From assembly GCA_964639245.1 (NCBI GenBank), contig CAZXCU010000021.1, positions 9,269 through 73,268 of the forward strand: a stretch of 64,000 nucleotides of DNA, given 5' to 3'. The number at the start of each line of letters is the position of its first letter. Positions within the stretch are counted from its first letter, which is position 1. This DNA comes from an uncultured Anaerolineae bacterium (lineage in GTDB: Bacteria; Chloroflexota; Anaerolineae; Aggregatilineales; J027). Below, piece after piece: positions 62,214 to 64,000 of this stretch. The notes under the pieces were generated by a model. That model ran no database searches and had not been told where the DNA came from. It saw only the letters and a list, made by a program, of their open reading frames with translations. The translations under genes and the position numbers were made by a program.

Positions 62214-63772
62214 GCAAAACGGGTCTCTTTAATAACGGGGAAACTACCGGGCAGCAGATCATGCTCTTTAAGCGTAGCGGTGACTATTTCATCCAGATAA
62301 AGTGTTGTGTCTTCTGCTGAAAGTCTTTCACCAATAGCGCAGATTACTTCCCATGATGGCAGGGGCATGGCACGAAGTTCGGTGGCATTGACTTGAGTAT
62401 TACCATTGCTGATGCGAAAGTAACGATCCAATAAACCGCAGTTGAGCAGCCCAGATAACCCAACAGTTTCTATAGTTGTCAGTGGATTGTTTTTGCGATA
62501 AATGTAATTGAGATGATTTTCTAAACCCACCCATGAGTAGGGAAAATTATCGGCTAGGAACGGGGCTGCTACCAAACGCCGGGCTTCTTCCTTGGCGGTA
62601 AAACGCCTTAGCAGGACATAGTTAGCAGCCGGGGTAAGCCACTGCTGGGCTTCTGACAGGATGGAAAATGCGGCTGGCTTTTGCCGCCCATTCACAGCCT
62701 TGAGAAGCAGGGTTTGCGCCTTGACATGGTGCAGCCAGAGAAGTGGCACTGACTTCCCCTCTACCATCTCATCCATAAGGAAGGGACGCAACCGAAAAGG
62801 AACGATGGGACCCGTTGAAACTTCAAGCTGATAGGTATGCAGCGAACCTGACCAGCCATCCACCGTCTCAAGAATCTGATCGTCAAGTTCATGCGTGGGT
62901 AAGCGAAAGAACAGTTTTTTCCCCCGTTTGCTCAGAAAGTGCTGCATATCTACCTCTCGCGCTGTTCCTCCTGTTGGTAAATCAGTCAGAGTGGGGGATG
63001 TGGATATGGTAATAAGCGGTGCTAAAGGCTTGTGCTGGAAAGAGAACACGACATTTTCTTGCAGCACCCCGTCAAAGTTACCTTCGCGTGCCTCAAATAC
63101 ATGCACACGGTTAGGATTGACCTCATGGATAAGCTGCTGGCGAAAATCTGCAAAATAAGCCCCTGAACAAAAACTGCGGGGGACAATGAAACAAGCAGTT
63201 CCGTCGAGTTGAAGCAGTTTCACCGCTAATGCCATGAACAGCGTATAAATGTTAGTGTGTCCCTTGATTTGCCCTTTGGCAGCACGTCCATAGTCCGTGA
63301 CCTGGTTGATTTTGAAGTAGGGTGGATTGACAATGATATGGCTATATGAACAGTTTGTTTGGACTGTCTCAAATAATGGCGCAGCAGGCTTCATCTTTTC
63401 CAAGATAAAGTCACAACACTGCACTTGAAAGTGAACTTGTATCCCGTGCTGGGCAGCTACAGCCACTGTCTGTTGAAGCATTCGCTCGGCTACTTGGCAC
63501 AACTCAGGATCAATTTCATAGCCTTCCAACCAGATTTCAAGGGGTTGTCCAGCTTGTATCAATCGTTCGATCACCGCACAAGCCAGGGTTCCCGAACCGA
63601 TAGCAGGGTCTAATACACGACTGCCATTAGAGATAGCACCAAGCTGCTCTGCTGCAAAGTGGGCTAGGGTTGGAGGTGTAAGAAACTGCCCAAATGCCTT
63701 GCGGTGGGCGACTGAACGCTGCTGCAACAGGTTCACCCCCAACTCAAAACTGGCAGTGGTCAGATCGGTCAT
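62210..63772 (-). CDS. N6-adenine DNA methyltransferase (Eco57I/PstI-methylase type)
   Basis: Motif I VLDPAIGSGTLA and motif IV IIVNPPYFK. The gene is operonic with the BsuBI/PstI-like REase. Confidence 0.8.
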   Translation of the reverse strand: MTDLTTASFELGVNLLQQRSVAHRKAFGQFLTPPTLAHFAAEQLGAISNGSRVLDPAIGSGTLACAVIERLIQAGQPLEIWLEGYEIDPELCQVAERMLQQTVAVAAQHGIQVHFQVQCCDFILEKMKPAAPLFETVQTNCSYSHIIVNPPYFKINQVTDYGRAAKGQIKGHTNIYTLFMALAVKLLQLDGTACFIVPRSFCSGAYFADFRQQLIHEVNPNRVHVFEAREGNFDGVLQENVVFSFQHKPLAPLITISTSPTLTDLPTGGTAREVDMQHFLSKRGKKLFFRLPTHELDDQILETVDGWSGSLHTYQLEVSTGPIVPFRLRPFLMDEMVEGKSVPLLWLHHVKAQTLLLKAVNGRQKPAAFSILSEAQQWLTPAANYVLLRRFTAKEEARRLVAAPFLADNFPYSWVGLENHLNYIYRKNNPLTTIETVGLSGLLNCGLLDRYFRISNGNTQVNATELRAMPLPSWEVICAIGERLSAEDTTLYLDEIVTATLKEHDLLPGSFPVIKETRFA

Positions 63773-63778
63773 GAAGAT

Positions 63779-64000
63779 TTACCGTTCCCAGCTTTGCAGG
63801 ACATTGAACACCACTTCACAATCACAATAGCCGCCACAGGCTTGCAGTGCCCCGACATTGGCATCTACATCCAGCTTATGGCGTTTCAACCATTTCTTGG
63901 TCAGCTTGAGCGAATGGTCACAATTCCAAGTGAAATCATCTGCTTTGCGAGGATGAGGGCGAAAATGGCAACCTTCGGGTCCCTCCAGCCATTTGCACAA
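63779..64000 (-). CDS. Cys-rich hypothetical protein, N-terminus outside the window
   Basis: The ORF runs off the window edge. Its C-terminus reads ACGGYCDCEVVFNVLQSWER. Confidence 0.4.
   Translation of the reverse strand: MCKWLEGPEGCHFRPHPRKADDFTWNCDHSLKLTKKWLKRHKLDVDANVGALQACGGYCDCEVVFNVLQSWER

Noticed and set aside
1-64000. Scan for CRISPR arrays, tRNA/rRNA/tmRNA genes and an integrase/recombinase.
   Set aside because: I noticed no regularly spaced direct repeats, no cloverleaf-like or rRNA-like segments, and no tyrosine or serine recombinase motifs. This was an eye-only scan, so small RNAs could have been missed.

Overview
The window is mostly a conjugative element (ICE- or plasmid-like). 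No integrase or element ends are visible. By eye, not computed, the backbone is relatively GC-rich. It has three modules. (1) A + strand block at 1.2-14.4 kb: five hypothetical genes, an N6-adenine methyltransferase fused to a SNF2-like helicase, a primase-polymerase, a PRTRC-type E1/E2/ubiquitin-like cassette and a PAPS-reductase-like gene. Four clear intrinsic terminators punctuate this block. (2) A mobilisation module at 30.2-34.0 kb: RHH protein, small HUH-relaxase-like protein, type IV coupling protein and an HU-like protein. (3) A long minus-strand mating operon from 58.25 down to 35.4 kb: secreted proteins, VirB6-like, VirB2/VirB3/VirB4-like, a 57-aa ORF missing from the ORF track, a type IA topoisomerase and three large acidic repeat proteins. 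Visibly AT-rich cargo is inserted into this backbone. The cargo comprises a Type III R-M operon translationally coupled to a UvrD/Cas4-like helicase-nuclease (14.8-22.3 kb), a divergent four-gene cassette (22.5-30.0 kb), a solitary Mrr-like nuclease gene (34.2-35.4 kb), and a ~1490-aa kinase-like/STAND-like gene inserted antisense in the T4SS operon (47.2-51.7 kb). Beyond an IS element with 18-bp inverted repeats and a 4-bp target duplication lie an HNH nuclease and a BsuBI/PstI-type Type II R-M (60.2-63.8 kb). My best candidate for an undescribed system is the four-gene cassette at 22.5-30.0 kb. It encodes a STAS+GHKL kinase-like protein, a STAS(DUF4325-like)-wHTH protein, a DinG-like helicase fused to a PD-(D/E)xK nuclease, and an 844-aa orphan. 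The giant kinase/STAND gene is second. All family assignments rest on motifs read by eye and on memory of the families. No searches were run.
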